IMG/VR virus record: IMGVR_UViG_3300037483_000257
Location: 1 to 24,056 of that record
Strand: one strand, 5' to 3'
Source of the DNA: a virus
Taxonomy: Duplodnaviria > Caudoviricetes
DNA: 24,056 bases
The notes under the pieces: model-generated
What the model was told of the DNA's origin: nothing
Databases searched by the model: none
The model's input: the letters and a program-made list of their open reading frames with translations, nothing else
Made by a program: the position numbers and the translations under genes
In this document: piece after piece, positions 5,380 through 14,309 of the stretch
How the letters are laid out: each line of letters begins with the position of its first letter
Position numbering within the stretch: the stretch's first letter is position 1

Positions 5380-6195
5380 TCACAGGTGCATCAACGCTTT
5401 CGGTGTCACCATCAGCGTCGCGAACATGCCCGGCACCGAGTGCCAGCCGACGGCGAGCCGCACGGGCGGCGCCCACGCGCCGTACGCCCGGCACGCGTTC
5501 ACCGCCCGTGCCGCGATGTCCGGGCTGCCCGGGTTGTCCCACGAATGGGTGACCTGCGCGAGCCGCGGATCCGACCAGTAGGCGGGCAGCACGTAGTGCC
5601 GCCGGTCAGAGAACCGGGCCGGGTCGTCGGCGGACAGCTGCACCAACGCCTGCCCGCACGCCACATGGTCCGGATGGTTGTCGACGACCGGCGAGTGGCC
5701 CTTGATCCGCACCGGCTGGCCGGGCGCCACCTGGTCGCAGACGGCGAGGATCGCGGCGTAGGCGGCGGCTTTCGTGACGCCGCCGTCGGGCAGGTGCGCC
5801 TCATGGTGGGTGAGCGTCCCGGGCTGGCCGGCGGCCATCGAGGTGAGCGCGGTGGCGTGCTCGGCGGCCCGCGCGGCGACGATCCCGGCCGGGTCCAGCA
5901 CCGGGTACCCCTCGAGCGCTGGGACGTGCTGCACCGCCCACCACGAGCTGACCCCGACCCCGTTCAGCACGTCGATCGCGCCGGTCGCCTCACCATCGGT
6001 CAACAGCAGCACGTGCACGTCCTGACCGGACGCTAGATGCTCGACCAGCGGCACGCCCATCGCGAGCGTCTCATCATCCGGATGCGCGACAACGAACAGG
6101 ACAGGGCCGGTGGCCATCGGCATCATCCTCTCCCCCGGTGGGATACCGATCGAGGCCACAACCGTTGCAGCAGTAAGGAACCTGCGGCGATTCAC
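5380..6195 (-). CDS. PIG-L/LmbE-family N-deacetylase with Tat-like N-terminus
   Basis: Motifs VVAHPDDE, LLTDGE, LPDG and NHPDH. N-terminus MNRRRFLTAA. Alternative start at 6117-6126. Confidence 0.88.
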   Translation of the reverse strand: MNRRRFLTAATVVASIGIPPGERMMPMATGPVLFVVAHPDDETLAMGVPLVEHLASGQDVHVLLLTDGEATGAIDVLNGVGVSSWWAVQHVPALEGYPVLDPAGIVAARAAEHATALTSMAAGQPGTLTHHEAHLPDGGVTKAAAYAAILAVCDQVAPGQPVRIKGHSPVVDNHPDHVACGQALVQLSADDPARFSDRRHYVLPAYWSDPRLAQVTHSWDNPGSPDIAARAVNACRAYGAWAPPVRLAVGWHSVPGMFATLMVTPKALMHL

Positions 6196-6731
6196 TGCGC
6201 GAGGAACCGCGCGAAGATCGAGTTATATACCGTTGACCCGGTGGCCAGGGCCAGGTTCCCGCCGGAGTCCTGCTGCCCGAACACCTCGATGTAGTCGTTC
6301 GCCGCGAAGCTCTGGCAGAACGAAACCTCTGTGGTGGTGTTCCCTACTGGCGCCGGCGCGGTCACCGCGTCCACGACGAACGTCCCGCCGGACGACGACC
6401 CGGCCGCGTTCAGCCGGACCGCGCAGATCCGCCGACCCGTCGCATTCGCAGAGAAACCCAGCTTGCAGACGACCAGATAGAACCCTGCGGTCTTGAACAC
6501 CATCCGCGAGTTGTTGGTCGTCGGGTCATGCATCGTGTCGTTGTCGAAGTTCTCTGTCGCCATCGGGATCAGCGTCATCGTGCCCGTGGTCAGCGACGTC
6601 CCAGCCGTGTTTGTGCACATCGCGGTCGGCGGGCCGAGGAGGAAGTTGATCGCGTCGCGGACCGAGTTCCCCCACGATGCAAGGGTTTTCGCCCCGGCCG
6701 CGATCGTCGCCATTACGGGAATCGTCGCCAT
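6192..6731 (-). CDS. minor tail / receptor-binding protein with C1q/TNF-like beta-sandwich, 179 aa
   Basis: True start MATIPV at 6731. Pattern LASWGNSVRDAINFL...ENFDNDTMHD...NSRMVFKTAGFYLV...NDYIEVF. Confidence 0.75.
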   Translation of the reverse strand: MATIPVMATIAAGAKTLASWGNSVRDAINFLLGPPTAMCTNTAGTSLTTGTMTLIPMATENFDNDTMHDPTTNNSRMVFKTAGFYLVVCKLGFSANATGRRICAVRLNAAGSSSGGTFVVDAVTAPAPVGNTTTEVSFCQSFAANDYIEVFGQQDSGGNLALATGSTVYNSIFARFLAQ

Positions 6732-6742
6732 AGCTCGCCCTT

Positions 6743-8875
6743 CTAGCCCATCGCCCAGTAGGCGGGCGACCAGATCCCGATCGGCTCGCCGGCCGAATGC
6801 GACCGAGCGACAGTCCCTGCCACACCACGAGTGGAGACGGTTACCGTCTGCGGGGAAGTCGACGACGCGGGCGCCGAGTTGATCGTGACCGCCTCCCCGT
6901 TGAAGTCCAGCGTCAGCGGGTAGTCCCCAGCCGTGTTCGTCAGCGGCGGATGCCCACCCGCCGTCGTGACTACGAGTGTTCCACCGGAACCTGTCGTGCC
7001 GAGTGCCGTCCCAGAGGTCACGGTCATCGACCCGGCATCCTCGGCGAACCGGGACGTGTCCCAGATCCCGTCGTTCGGGACGTCGGCCGGGATGCCGTCG
7101 AACACGAACCGCGAGGAGTCGGAGCGGTGCGCTTCGATCCAACCCGCGACGAACGAGTCCAGCGTGGTCCGGCCCACTCGCGCTGGCGGCAGCCCCGACA
7201 GGGTGACCCGCTTCCCGGGCGTCAGCCCGAACACGGCAGCCCACATGTCCGCCGTCGCTGTCACCAGATCGACGCCAACCTGGGAGACCCGCGCGATGAT
7301 CGACCGGTTCAGCCGGAAGCTGGCCACCGATTGAGCGGCGCTCACGGACCCGGCACAGGATGACCACGAGTCCGGGCGCTGCGTGATCGGCGGCCCAGCC
7401 TCGGTCACAGTGTCGATGGCCTGCGCCGAACCGAACGCGCACGACACGGTGACCCTGGTCGGCTTCGACGCCGCCGCGCGGACCAGCTGCAGCGCAGTCG
7501 ATGCGTCATCGTCCGCACCCAGGTTGATCGTCAGGGATGAGCTGGCGGGCCGGGCCAGGTCCGGCATGTTCACGGTGATTGTGTTCGTCGAGTAGTCGTG
7601 CCAGCAGTCCGCGCCGACCGTGCCGAGCACCTCATCGAGGCAGTCCAGGGCGGATCGTCCAGCGCTGTCGGTGCGGGTCACGTTCGGGTTCAGGATACCG
7701 TTCACCGTCAGTGTCAGACCGGTGTAGTCCTGGACGATCTCGCCGATCCGTGTGGATGCGGGGGTGAGCTTCACCGGGTCCAGCCAGTCCAGGAACGAGC
7801 CGATCGCAGACCTGGCCGCGATGGCCCCGAACTCGATCGACTCCGGTCCGTTGTAGCTCTTGCCCGGCAGCTTCCAGCTGTCCATCCGCGCACCGAACAC
7901 CACGTACCGGGTCAGGTCCAGCCGGGTCGCCGTCAACCAGCCCGACGGCGCCTGGTTGTACACGGCGAAACCCTGTGACCCGGTCCAGTACATCCTGGCC
8001 CGCTGCCACGACCGGTCCCCGTTGATGCCGTCCGGCTGAGGATTCGCCGTCGATGTGAGCGTGTCGTACAGGTACAGGCCGGTTTTCCCGCCAGAGAACG
8101 ACAGGTACAGCCGCCAGATCTGCGCCCCGTCAGAACGGAACCCGCACGCCAGCGTGACGTCGATACCGGCCGCGGCCTGCGCGTCGGTGGACCAGGCCAT
8201 CGTGAAGTCGTGGTTGGTGCCCAGGTCCCGGCCGAGGTCCAGGCCCAGGACGGGCCCGATACCGGACGCGCTCTGCAGCTGCACCGACCCGGACAGCAGC
8301 AGTTCACCGGACGACCCGACCGACGCGGTGCTACTGCCCAGCCCGGAGGCGTTCCGCAGCACCCGGAGTGTGCCGGTACCCGACCCTGCGTTCCGGAAGT
8401 CTGTGGATGATGCCGGATCGTCCATCTGGAACACATCGACCGTCTCGAGCGTCGCTTGGTGCTGCCAGGACTCGGCCCAGGTGTTGCCGAGGGTCCGCTG
8501 CCCGAGCCGGCCGATCCCGTCGGTCGCCGTGATCTGCACGGCTGCCGTGCCGTCCTCGAGGTTGGTCGCGGCCCAGTCGGTGATGTAGCCGAGGAACCTT
8601 ACGTCCGACGTCGCGCCATGGGTGACGGTGTACCGGATCCGCTTGCCCTCGACAACGTTGGGCCAGTAGGCGGACAGCGGGTTGTCGGGGGTCAGGTCGC
8701 CGGAGTCGTTGTAGCAGGTGCAGCTGAAGTTCCCGGCCTGGATCCCGTCGAACTGGGATGCGCGGCCGACGTTGGTGGTGGCGTCCTGGCTCTGATCCAG
8801 GCTGGTCGTCAGGTCAACGAACATGCCCGCCACGAACTCGATCTCGAGTTTGAAGGATGTAGCGAGACCGGCCAT
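6743..8875 (-). CDS. large minor tail (tip/baseplate hub) protein, 710 aa, probable LamG-like insert
   Basis: TGATG overlap with the tape measure stop. N-terminus GR.SQFD.IQAG...NDSGDLTPDNPLSAYWPNV...RFLGYITDW...ATDGIGRL is typical of actinophage post-TMP proteins. Confidence 0.8.
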   Translation of the reverse strand: MAGLATSFKLEIEFVAGMFVDLTTSLDQSQDATTNVGRASQFDGIQAGNFSCTCYNDSGDLTPDNPLSAYWPNVVEGKRIRYTVTHGATSDVRFLGYITDWAATNLEDGTAAVQITATDGIGRLGQRTLGNTWAESWQHQATLETVDVFQMDDPASSTDFRNAGSGTGTLRVLRNASGLGSSTASVGSSGELLLSGSVQLQSASGIGPVLGLDLGRDLGTNHDFTMAWSTDAQAAAGIDVTLACGFRSDGAQIWRLYLSFSGGKTGLYLYDTLTSTANPQPDGINGDRSWQRARMYWTGSQGFAVYNQAPSGWLTATRLDLTRYVVFGARMDSWKLPGKSYNGPESIEFGAIAARSAIGSFLDWLDPVKLTPASTRIGEIVQDYTGLTLTVNGILNPNVTRTDSAGRSALDCLDEVLGTVGADCWHDYSTNTITVNMPDLARPASSSLTINLGADDDASTALQLVRAAASKPTRVTVSCAFGSAQAIDTVTEAGPPITQRPDSWSSCAGSVSAAQSVASFRLNRSIIARVSQVGVDLVTATADMWAAVFGLTPGKRVTLSGLPPARVGRTTLDSFVAGWIEAHRSDSSRFVFDGIPADVPNDGIWDTSRFAEDAGSMTVTSGTALGTTGSGGTLVVTTAGGHPPLTNTAGDYPLTLDFNGEAVTINSAPASSTSPQTVTVSTRGVAGTVARSHSAGEPIGIWSPAYWAMG

Positions 8876-10560
8876 CAGGCGGCGGCCCATCCTCGGGGCG
8901 GGGTCCAGCCGCCGGCCTTCGCGCTGGCGATGGCATCAGTTACGGCCGTGGCGATGTCCCTCTTGCTGGCCAGCGCGGAGGCGACGGTCACGTACACGGT
9001 CACATTCCCGCCACCACCGCCACCGGGAACACGGGGCAGGATCCGCCCGGACTGTGCCGGCACGAACAGCTCGGGACGGTGCTCACCGACGACGTACGGC
9101 TGGCCAGCAGAGACAGGGCCACCGGCGGCGCGGGCCGTGTGACTACCCACCGACACGGACCCGTCGGGCCGCTGGATCACCGTGCTGCGCTTCCCGTTCA
9201 CCGTCACCGTGAACGCCACGTTCCGTCGCCTCGGGACCGCGTTGATGGCCCGCTGCAGCTCACGGACCTTCCGGATGGCACTGTCCAGCGGGCCGATCAT
9301 CGCCCGCCACGGCGCGCCCATCGGGCCCGGCAGGTGGGACATGGCTCCGGCCAGTGCGCGGATCCCGCCGAGGAAGCTGCCGACCGTCGACAGCGCGAAC
9401 CTCAGTCCGGGCACCAGTATGTTCTTGAAGGCGAACCCGGCCACGCGGATCGCGGCGGACATTTGGATGATTGCGACGACGATCACGGTCAGGATGATCG
9501 CGCCGAACACCTTCAGGATCGGCATCGTCGCCGACATCCAGGCCTTGAAGTTCACGCCCGAACTGGTGACGTCCTTGATGGCGGCCTTCACGTTGTTCAT
9601 GGCCAGCCGCAGCAGTGGTAGCGCCGCCTGGTAGCCGGCCTTCAGCCCGTTCCACAGCGCTGTAGCGCCGTGCCACAGAGCCTTGACCGCCGACCCTGCC
9701 GCCTTCAGGACCGGGACCAGCTTCGGGCCGGTCTCCTTGGCCCAGGCGATCGTGGCCGGGATTCCCTTGGTGGCCAGCCAGTCCGCCAGCTTGGTGACGT
9801 GCGGCAGGAGCTGCTGACCGATGGCCCGGCCCGCGTCGGACAGCGCGTCCTTCGCTCGGGCGAGACTGCCAGCGAACCCACTACCGGCGGCCTTGGCGGC
9901 TCCGCCGAACTCCTTGTTGAGCTCGGCGAGGATGAGCTTCTGGGCGCCCATCTTGTTGCCGGACTCGACCATCGCCTTGATCTGGTCCTTCTGGGACTTG
10001 GTGAAGTTCACGCCAACCCGCTGCAGCGCGGTGATCCCCTTGATGGGGTCGTTCAGGGCCTTGCCGACGTGGATCGTGCTGGCCTGCAGGTCAGTGCCGA
10101 GCGCGGCGGACATGTCGCCGATCGCAACCGTGGCCCGGTCGAAGATCTGATTGCCCTTGCCGACCTTGTTCTGCACGCCGGTGAACGTCGCCAACACGTT
10201 CTGGCTGTTGATGTACAGCTCTTCGTCGACACCACTCAGGGACTCCAGTGACGCGGCGTGCGCCTGGATCGCCTTGACCGACGTGCCCGCCGCGTTGCCC
10301 GTGGACTTCAGCACGGCGGCGGTCTTCGCCTGCAACGTCTGATAGCTGGCGGCGTCCTTCACGCCCTGAATCAGGAACGCGCCGAGCCCGCCGATCGCCG
10401 CACCCGCCGCGAGCGCACCACCCGCAACGGCCTTCATCCCCAGGCCGCCGACCTTGACCAGCGCCCCGTGGAGCTTCCCCGAGGACTTGCCCGCCGAATC
10501 GAACGCCTTCGACGCCCGGTCCCTGGCCAGGATGTCGAACGTCACCGACTTGTCAGCCAC
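8875..10560 (-). CDS. tape measure protein, 561 aa
   Basis: FDILARDRASK start, GKALNDPIKGITALQRVGV motif, Ala-rich helices, C-terminal RAAGGPV..GQPYVVGEHRPELFVP motif. Confidence 0.92.
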   Translation of the reverse strand: MADKSVTFDILARDRASKAFDSAGKSSGKLHGALVKVGGLGMKAVAGGALAAGAAIGGLGAFLIQGVKDAASYQTLQAKTAAVLKSTGNAAGTSVKAIQAHAASLESLSGVDEELYINSQNVLATFTGVQNKVGKGNQIFDRATVAIGDMSAALGTDLQASTIHVGKALNDPIKGITALQRVGVNFTKSQKDQIKAMVESGNKMGAQKLILAELNKEFGGAAKAAGSGFAGSLARAKDALSDAGRAIGQQLLPHVTKLADWLATKGIPATIAWAKETGPKLVPVLKAAGSAVKALWHGATALWNGLKAGYQAALPLLRLAMNNVKAAIKDVTSSGVNFKAWMSATMPILKVFGAIILTVIVVAIIQMSAAIRVAGFAFKNILVPGLRFALSTVGSFLGGIRALAGAMSHLPGPMGAPWRAMIGPLDSAIRKVRELQRAINAVPRRRNVAFTVTVNGKRSTVIQRPDGSVSVGSHTARAAGGPVSAGQPYVVGEHRPELFVPAQSGRILPRVPGGGGGGNVTVYVTVASALASKRDIATAVTDAIASAKAGGWTPPRGWAAA

Positions 10561-10732
10561 CGGACCCCCTCTCGGCCTCTTCCGCCATCCAGTTCGCCAG
10601 CTGCACCGCGTCCCGAATCTGCCTGCCGGTCAAGCCCTCGAGGTCGACAGGCCGTAGCCCGAGCCACTGCAGCAGGTGCAGCCAGACATCCTCAATCAGA
10701 CGGTCGGGGTCTCCGGAGCCAGATCGGTAGGG
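10553..10732 (-). CDS. tail assembly chaperone frameshift extension (gpT-like part)
   Basis: The -1 frame relative to 10696..11073 is open: PYRSGSGDPDRLIEDVWLHLLQWLGLRPVDLEGLTGRQIRDAVQLANWMAEEAERGSGG-stop, ending over the TMP start. Confidence 0.65.
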   Translation of the reverse strand, partial: PYRSGSGDPDRLIEDVWLHLLQWLGLRPVDLEGLTGRQIRDAVQLANWMAEEAERGSGG

Positions 10733-11073
10733 TCCGGCGCCTCACCCTGGTCCTCATGCAGCACCGAATCCGGGACATTCCCGCAGTCGAGGCAGCCGGT
10801 CCGCTGGCGGTTCCACACGATCGGGTGCGGTAGCGGCTCGAAGTCGTGCATCGACAGCTGATCGAAGCGGTCGATCGGCAGGATCGTGTGATCGGTGCGG
10901 CGGAGGGACAGGACTGCCCAGAGGACGAATCCTTCGGCGGTGTCCAGGTCGTCCGTGCTGGCGACCTTGAGCTGTTTCTTCGCCCATCGAAGTTCACCGA
11001 TGGTGAAGCCCTCTTGCCAGCCGACGCCGAGCGCCGGGCCGTCGAACTCCCTACCCGCGTACCTGAACCTCAC
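10696..11073 (-). CDS. tail assembly chaperone (gpG-like), 125 aa
   Basis: GGGAGG RBS, position before the TMP, acidic C-terminus ending ...PDPTDLAPETPTV. Confidence 0.7.
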   Translation of the reverse strand: MRFRYAGREFDGPALGVGWQEGFTIGELRWAKKQLKVASTDDLDTAEGFVLWAVLSLRRTDHTILPIDRFDQLSMHDFEPLPHPIVWNRQRTGCLDCGNVPDSVLHEDQGEAPDPTDLAPETPTV

Positions 11074-11095
11074 GTTGTCCTCCCGGGATGTGTTG

Positions 11096-11287
11096 CTAGC
11101 TGGCGAGTTTCGCCGCTACCTCGTCGAGCGCTTTCAGCAGCTCGACGCGCACGTCTTTCACGCCCTTCTCCATCGCCTTGTCCCAGAACCCGGGCGTGAC
11201 TGACTGGTCGTACCAGTAGCGGCGGTTGCCGAACAGCGGGTGCCTTAGTCGGCCCCGGTTGATCGACGCGAGGTCACGTTGAGCCAT
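11096..11287 (-). CDS. HK97 gp10-like neck/tail completion protein, C-terminal part
   Basis: RDLASINRGRLRHPLFGNR..WYDQ.V.PGFWD motif. In frame with the upstream ORF across a TGA. Confidence 0.7.
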   Translation of the reverse strand: MAQRDLASINRGRLRHPLFGNRRYWYDQSVTPGFWDKAMEKGVKDVRVELLKALDEVAAKLAS

Positions 11288-11290
11288 GGG

Positions 11291-11647
11291 TCAGCCCCCG
11301 TTCGCTGCGCGCCAAGCCTTCTGCCGCTTCCGCAGCTTCCGAATGTGGCGGGTCTTCTGCTTCCTGAACCCCGACGTGGCCGCCGACGTGGCGGTGGCCT
11401 TGAGCGTGACGCGAGGGTTGGCCGAGAACCGGGCCGTGGTCCGGATCTTCATGCTGTCCGCGATCTCACCGCCAAGCCCGGACGGCAGGACCGACCGTGC
11501 CTCTTCCCGGGCCAGCTCACCCAACGGTTTCGCCGCCCGGCCCAGCGACGCGTACACGCTGCGCCGCAGCTCTTTCGGTGCCGCCTTGAGCGCAGCCGTG
11601 ACCGCGCTCATCTTCTCGACGCCGACGATCCGGAAATCCTCGGCCAT
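11291..11647 (-). CDS. HK97 gp10-like neck/tail completion protein, N-terminal part
   Basis: MAEDFRIVGVEKMSAVTAALKAAPKELRR...AAKPL...AR..LP.GL pattern with a basic C-terminal extension. Confidence 0.7.
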   Translation of the reverse strand: MAEDFRIVGVEKMSAVTAALKAAPKELRRSVYASLGRAAKPLGELAREEARSVLPSGLGGEIADSMKIRTTARFSANPRVTLKATATSAATSGFRKQKTRHIRKLRKRQKAWRAANGG

Positions 11648-11652
11648 CAGGG

Positions 11653-12666
11653 CTACAGCGCGTTGTCGGCGGTGCGGGTCACGATGTACCACTCGTCGTC
11701 GGTCAGGTTGTCCAGCACCGAATAGGTGATCTCCGGGATGGACCCGTCGCCGTTCGTCAGGTCCGGGAACGCGTCCTGGTCGATGGCCATCGTCGGGATG
11801 TCCAGCTCGATCCGCTCCGTACCGGCCGACAGCGCGCCCCCGGTGAACGACCCAGAGAAACTGGTCAGCGCCTGGGCGAGCATCGCGTCCCGCGCCGTCG
11901 TGGCGTCGTAGTCCTGCTTGACCTTGAGGACGGCCTTCGGAGCGCCGACCGGCGGCCGCTGCCAGCCGCCCACCCGCGGCCGCTCGACCAGCCCCAGATC
12001 TACGTCGAGGGTCCAGCCGCGGATGTTGGTCGCCGCGGTGCCGCCGGTCGCCAGCGCGGTCGCGGTCGGCGCGGTCAGCGTCCCACCGAGCGTGGTCACG
12101 CCGGTGGTCGGGGAGAACAGCGTCGGCGTCGTCACGTAGCTGGCGCTCGCCAGCGCCGTCGCCGTGGCCACCGACGCGGCCCAGAACACGGCCTCCAGCG
12201 TCGGCGGGTTCTCGTTGTCCGGGACGTCGATGCTGAACGACTTCACCGCGCAGTCGGAGTAGGTGTAGGCGTCGACCGTGCCGCTGGCGTCGGTGCGGGG
12301 GATGCCGAGCTGGATCGTCGCCACTGGCATGAACGGGGTCGCCAGGACCGGCCGGTGCCGCTGCTGGAACGTCGTCCCAGACACGAGCGTCGACTCGGAC
12401 GTGCCCGCGATCAGCTCCAGCAGGGTGCCGAGACCCTTACTGGTCAGCTCCATCTTCAGGCTGACCTCACCGCGTCCGGTGCCGGCCAGGCGGCGCGCCG
12501 AGCGGGCGTACCGGGAGGAGACCCGCAGGCCCATCCCCTGGATGACCATCGGGTCGAACGAGTGTTTCGTGTCGGCCAGCGCCTCGATGAACCGGTCGAC
12601 GACGATCGGGGTCCCGAACGCAGTCTGCTTCTTGAACCCGACCTGCGCGTCGAGCAGCGTGGCCAT
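11653..12666 (-). CDS. major tail tube protein, 337 aa
   Basis: LDAQVGFKKQTAFGTPIVVDRFIE...QGMGLR...YTYSDCAVKSFSI...TADNAL, and its synteny. Confidence 0.85.
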   Translation of the reverse strand: MATLLDAQVGFKKQTAFGTPIVVDRFIEALADTKHSFDPMVIQGMGLRVSSRYARSARRLAGTGRGEVSLKMELTSKGLGTLLELIAGTSESTLVSGTTFQQRHRPVLATPFMPVATIQLGIPRTDASGTVDAYTYSDCAVKSFSIDVPDNENPPTLEAVFWAASVATATALASASYVTTPTLFSPTTGVTTLGGTLTAPTATALATGGTAATNIRGWTLDVDLGLVERPRVGGWQRPPVGAPKAVLKVKQDYDATTARDAMLAQALTSFSGSFTGGALSAGTERIELDIPTMAIDQDAFPDLTNGDGSIPEITYSVLDNLTDDEWYIVTRTADNAL

Positions 12667-12669
12667 CGG

Positions 12670-12888
12670 TCAGCCCTCCGGGGTGGTGTCGGCGCCCGGC
12701 TTGGCGGGCTTCTTGGGTTCGGCCCGTGCCCACAGGTCGGTCTGCTCGAGCAGGCCGTCCGCGAGCTCCGGGATGACGTCGATCGACTCGCCCGGCTTGA
12801 CCAGCTTCCAACGCTGGCCGGCGGCGTCGCGCAGTTCCCGCGGGTCCGGTCCGATCAACGTCACGCGCACGCTCGGTGCACCCATCAC
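12670..12888 (-). CDS. small hypothetical virion-region protein, 72 aa
   Basis: GAGGGAG RBS. VKPGESIDVIPELADGLLEQ...W pattern commonly seen just before tail tube genes. Confidence 0.7.
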   Translation of the reverse strand: MMGAPSVRVTLIGPDPRELRDAAGQRWKLVKPGESIDVIPELADGLLEQTDLWARAEPKKPAKPGADTTPEG

Positions 12889-12896
12889 ACGCTCCC

Positions 12897-13430
12897 TCAG
12901 ATCCTGGCCTTGTAGGTGATGGTGAAATCGATCCAGCAGACCGCGCCGTCCGCGATGAGCTGATTCACCCGGTGGTCAGTGACCAGCGCCCACAGCAGCT
13001 GCCCGTTCCCGGCGGCTGGGTTGATGCCGAGCGTTGGGCCCGGGCTCGCGCCGCGACACACAGCGTCGACCGCGGCGAGCAGGGCGTACGCCTCACCGCG
13101 GACCGTCCTGACCGTATCCGCCGACAGGGACGCCTCACCCGACTGGCACACCGCCAGGCACCGGAGCGTGCCGTTCTCCTCCGATGGGCGCGTGCCCGCG
13201 GCGAGCGCGATGATGCTCTGCCCGGCCCCGCCAGGCGATTCCGGCTGGTCATCACCGGAATGGCCGATCACCAGGTAGCGGCGCGGGTGCTCCTCCGGGA
13301 TGTCGACCTCAGGCCCGTCATAGACGGTGATCTCGCCGCTGATGGCCTCGTCCGGCCCGCGGTACCCGGGGACGGCGCGCATCGCGTCGACTAGCGCCGC
13401 GTACATCGTGGGCCACATCGGTCCCGGCAT
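12897..13430 (-). CDS. tail terminator / tail completion protein, 177 aa
   Basis: VYDGP...YLVIGH...EENGTLRC...AYALLAAVDAVCR...FTITYKARI, and its synteny. Confidence 0.75.
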   Translation of the reverse strand: MPGPMWPTMYAALVDAMRAVPGYRGPDEAISGEITVYDGPEVDIPEEHPRRYLVIGHSGDDQPESPGGAGQSIIALAAGTRPSEENGTLRCLAVCQSGEASLSADTVRTVRGEAYALLAAVDAVCRGASPGPTLGINPAAGNGQLLWALVTDHRVNQLIADGAVCWIDFTITYKARI

Positions 13431-13433
13431 CGC

Positions 13434-14297
13434 TCAGCCCACCATCGGCCCGGCGAACGGGGCGACGCCCCACAGTTCGAGGACGCGGCGCGGGACGCTG
13501 TAGCCGGTGCGCGGATCGACGAACTCATCCGGTCGGGGACTGCCCGAGCGGGGCAGGCCGGACCCGCCGCGCTGCGTGGCCCACAGGTGCTGGACGAGGA
13601 CCCGGAGGCCTTGCCGGATCGCAGGCTTCACGATCCCGTCGACCGGTGCCGCGACGTAGGTGATCGACGTGTTCTGGATTCCGTACGGCCAAGGAGCCGA
13701 GCCGGCGGTGGTGCCGTAGTGGAGGATGCCGCGTCGCCCGTCCAGCACGTAGCTGGTGGTCGCTGAGCCGCCGATCGCGACCGCAGTCACGGAGGCGACG
13801 GGCCGCCGCCACAGCTCGATCATCGACGACCGGCCGTCCGTGTCGTGGACCTCGCCGCTGATGGTCCGCCGCCGCCATGTCTGCCCGGTCTTGTCCTCGC
13901 AGACGTCCGAAGCGACCAGGAGAAGCGTGAGGATCTCCTGGTCATCGTCGGTGGCCGAGGTTCGTAGCCAGGACTTGCCCTCGGCCAGGTCCACGATCGG
14001 TGGGGCGTCGGCGGGCTCGACGTGCCAGATGCCGGTGGCGACGTCGGATGCCGCGCCGGTCCCGGTCCACGTGTACGTCCAAGCGCCTGCGGTGGTGCAG
14101 GGGATGTCCTTGGTGTAGGCGCCGGTCGATGTCTTGGTGATCTGAGCCGCGGCGTACGTGTAGGTGGTGGCGGTGCCAGCAGGGTCGGTGATGGTGAGGC
14201 TGACGGTGGTCGGGTCGGTCGGGACCCCGCCGACGGTGAACGTGTTGGTCAGTGTGGCCAGCTCGGCGGCGGCTGCGGCGTAGAACACCTGAGCCAT
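13434..14297 (-). CDS. head-tail connector (gp6-like) fused to an N-terminal Ig-like domain, 287 aa
   Basis: The C-part IVDLAEGKSWLR...DDDQEI..LL..ASDVCE..TG...IRQGL..LVQHLWATQRG is gp6-like. The N-part PTDPTTVSLTITDPAG...STGAY...AGAWTYTWTGTG is a beta-rich domain. Confidence 0.82.
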   Translation of the reverse strand: MAQVFYAAAAAELATLTNTFTVGGVPTDPTTVSLTITDPAGTATTYTYAAAQITKTSTGAYTKDIPCTTAGAWTYTWTGTGAASDVATGIWHVEPADAPPIVDLAEGKSWLRTSATDDDQEILTLLLVASDVCEDKTGQTWRRRTISGEVHDTDGRSSMIELWRRPVASVTAVAIGGSATTSYVLDGRRGILHYGTTAGSAPWPYGIQNTSITYVAAPVDGIVKPAIRQGLRVLVQHLWATQRGGSGLPRSGSPRPDEFVDPRTGYSVPRRVLELWGVAPFAGPMVG

Positions 14298-14309
14298 CGA
14301 TCGTCCCCC

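Noticed and set aside
6732-7442. N-terminal extension of track ORF 6192..7442
   Set aside because: It overlaps the 710-aa tail gene in another frame. The real protein begins at ATG 6731.
6192-8875. Diversity-generating retroelement acting on tail genes
   Set aside because: No reverse transcriptase, and I noticed no TR/VR-like repeat pair in the window.
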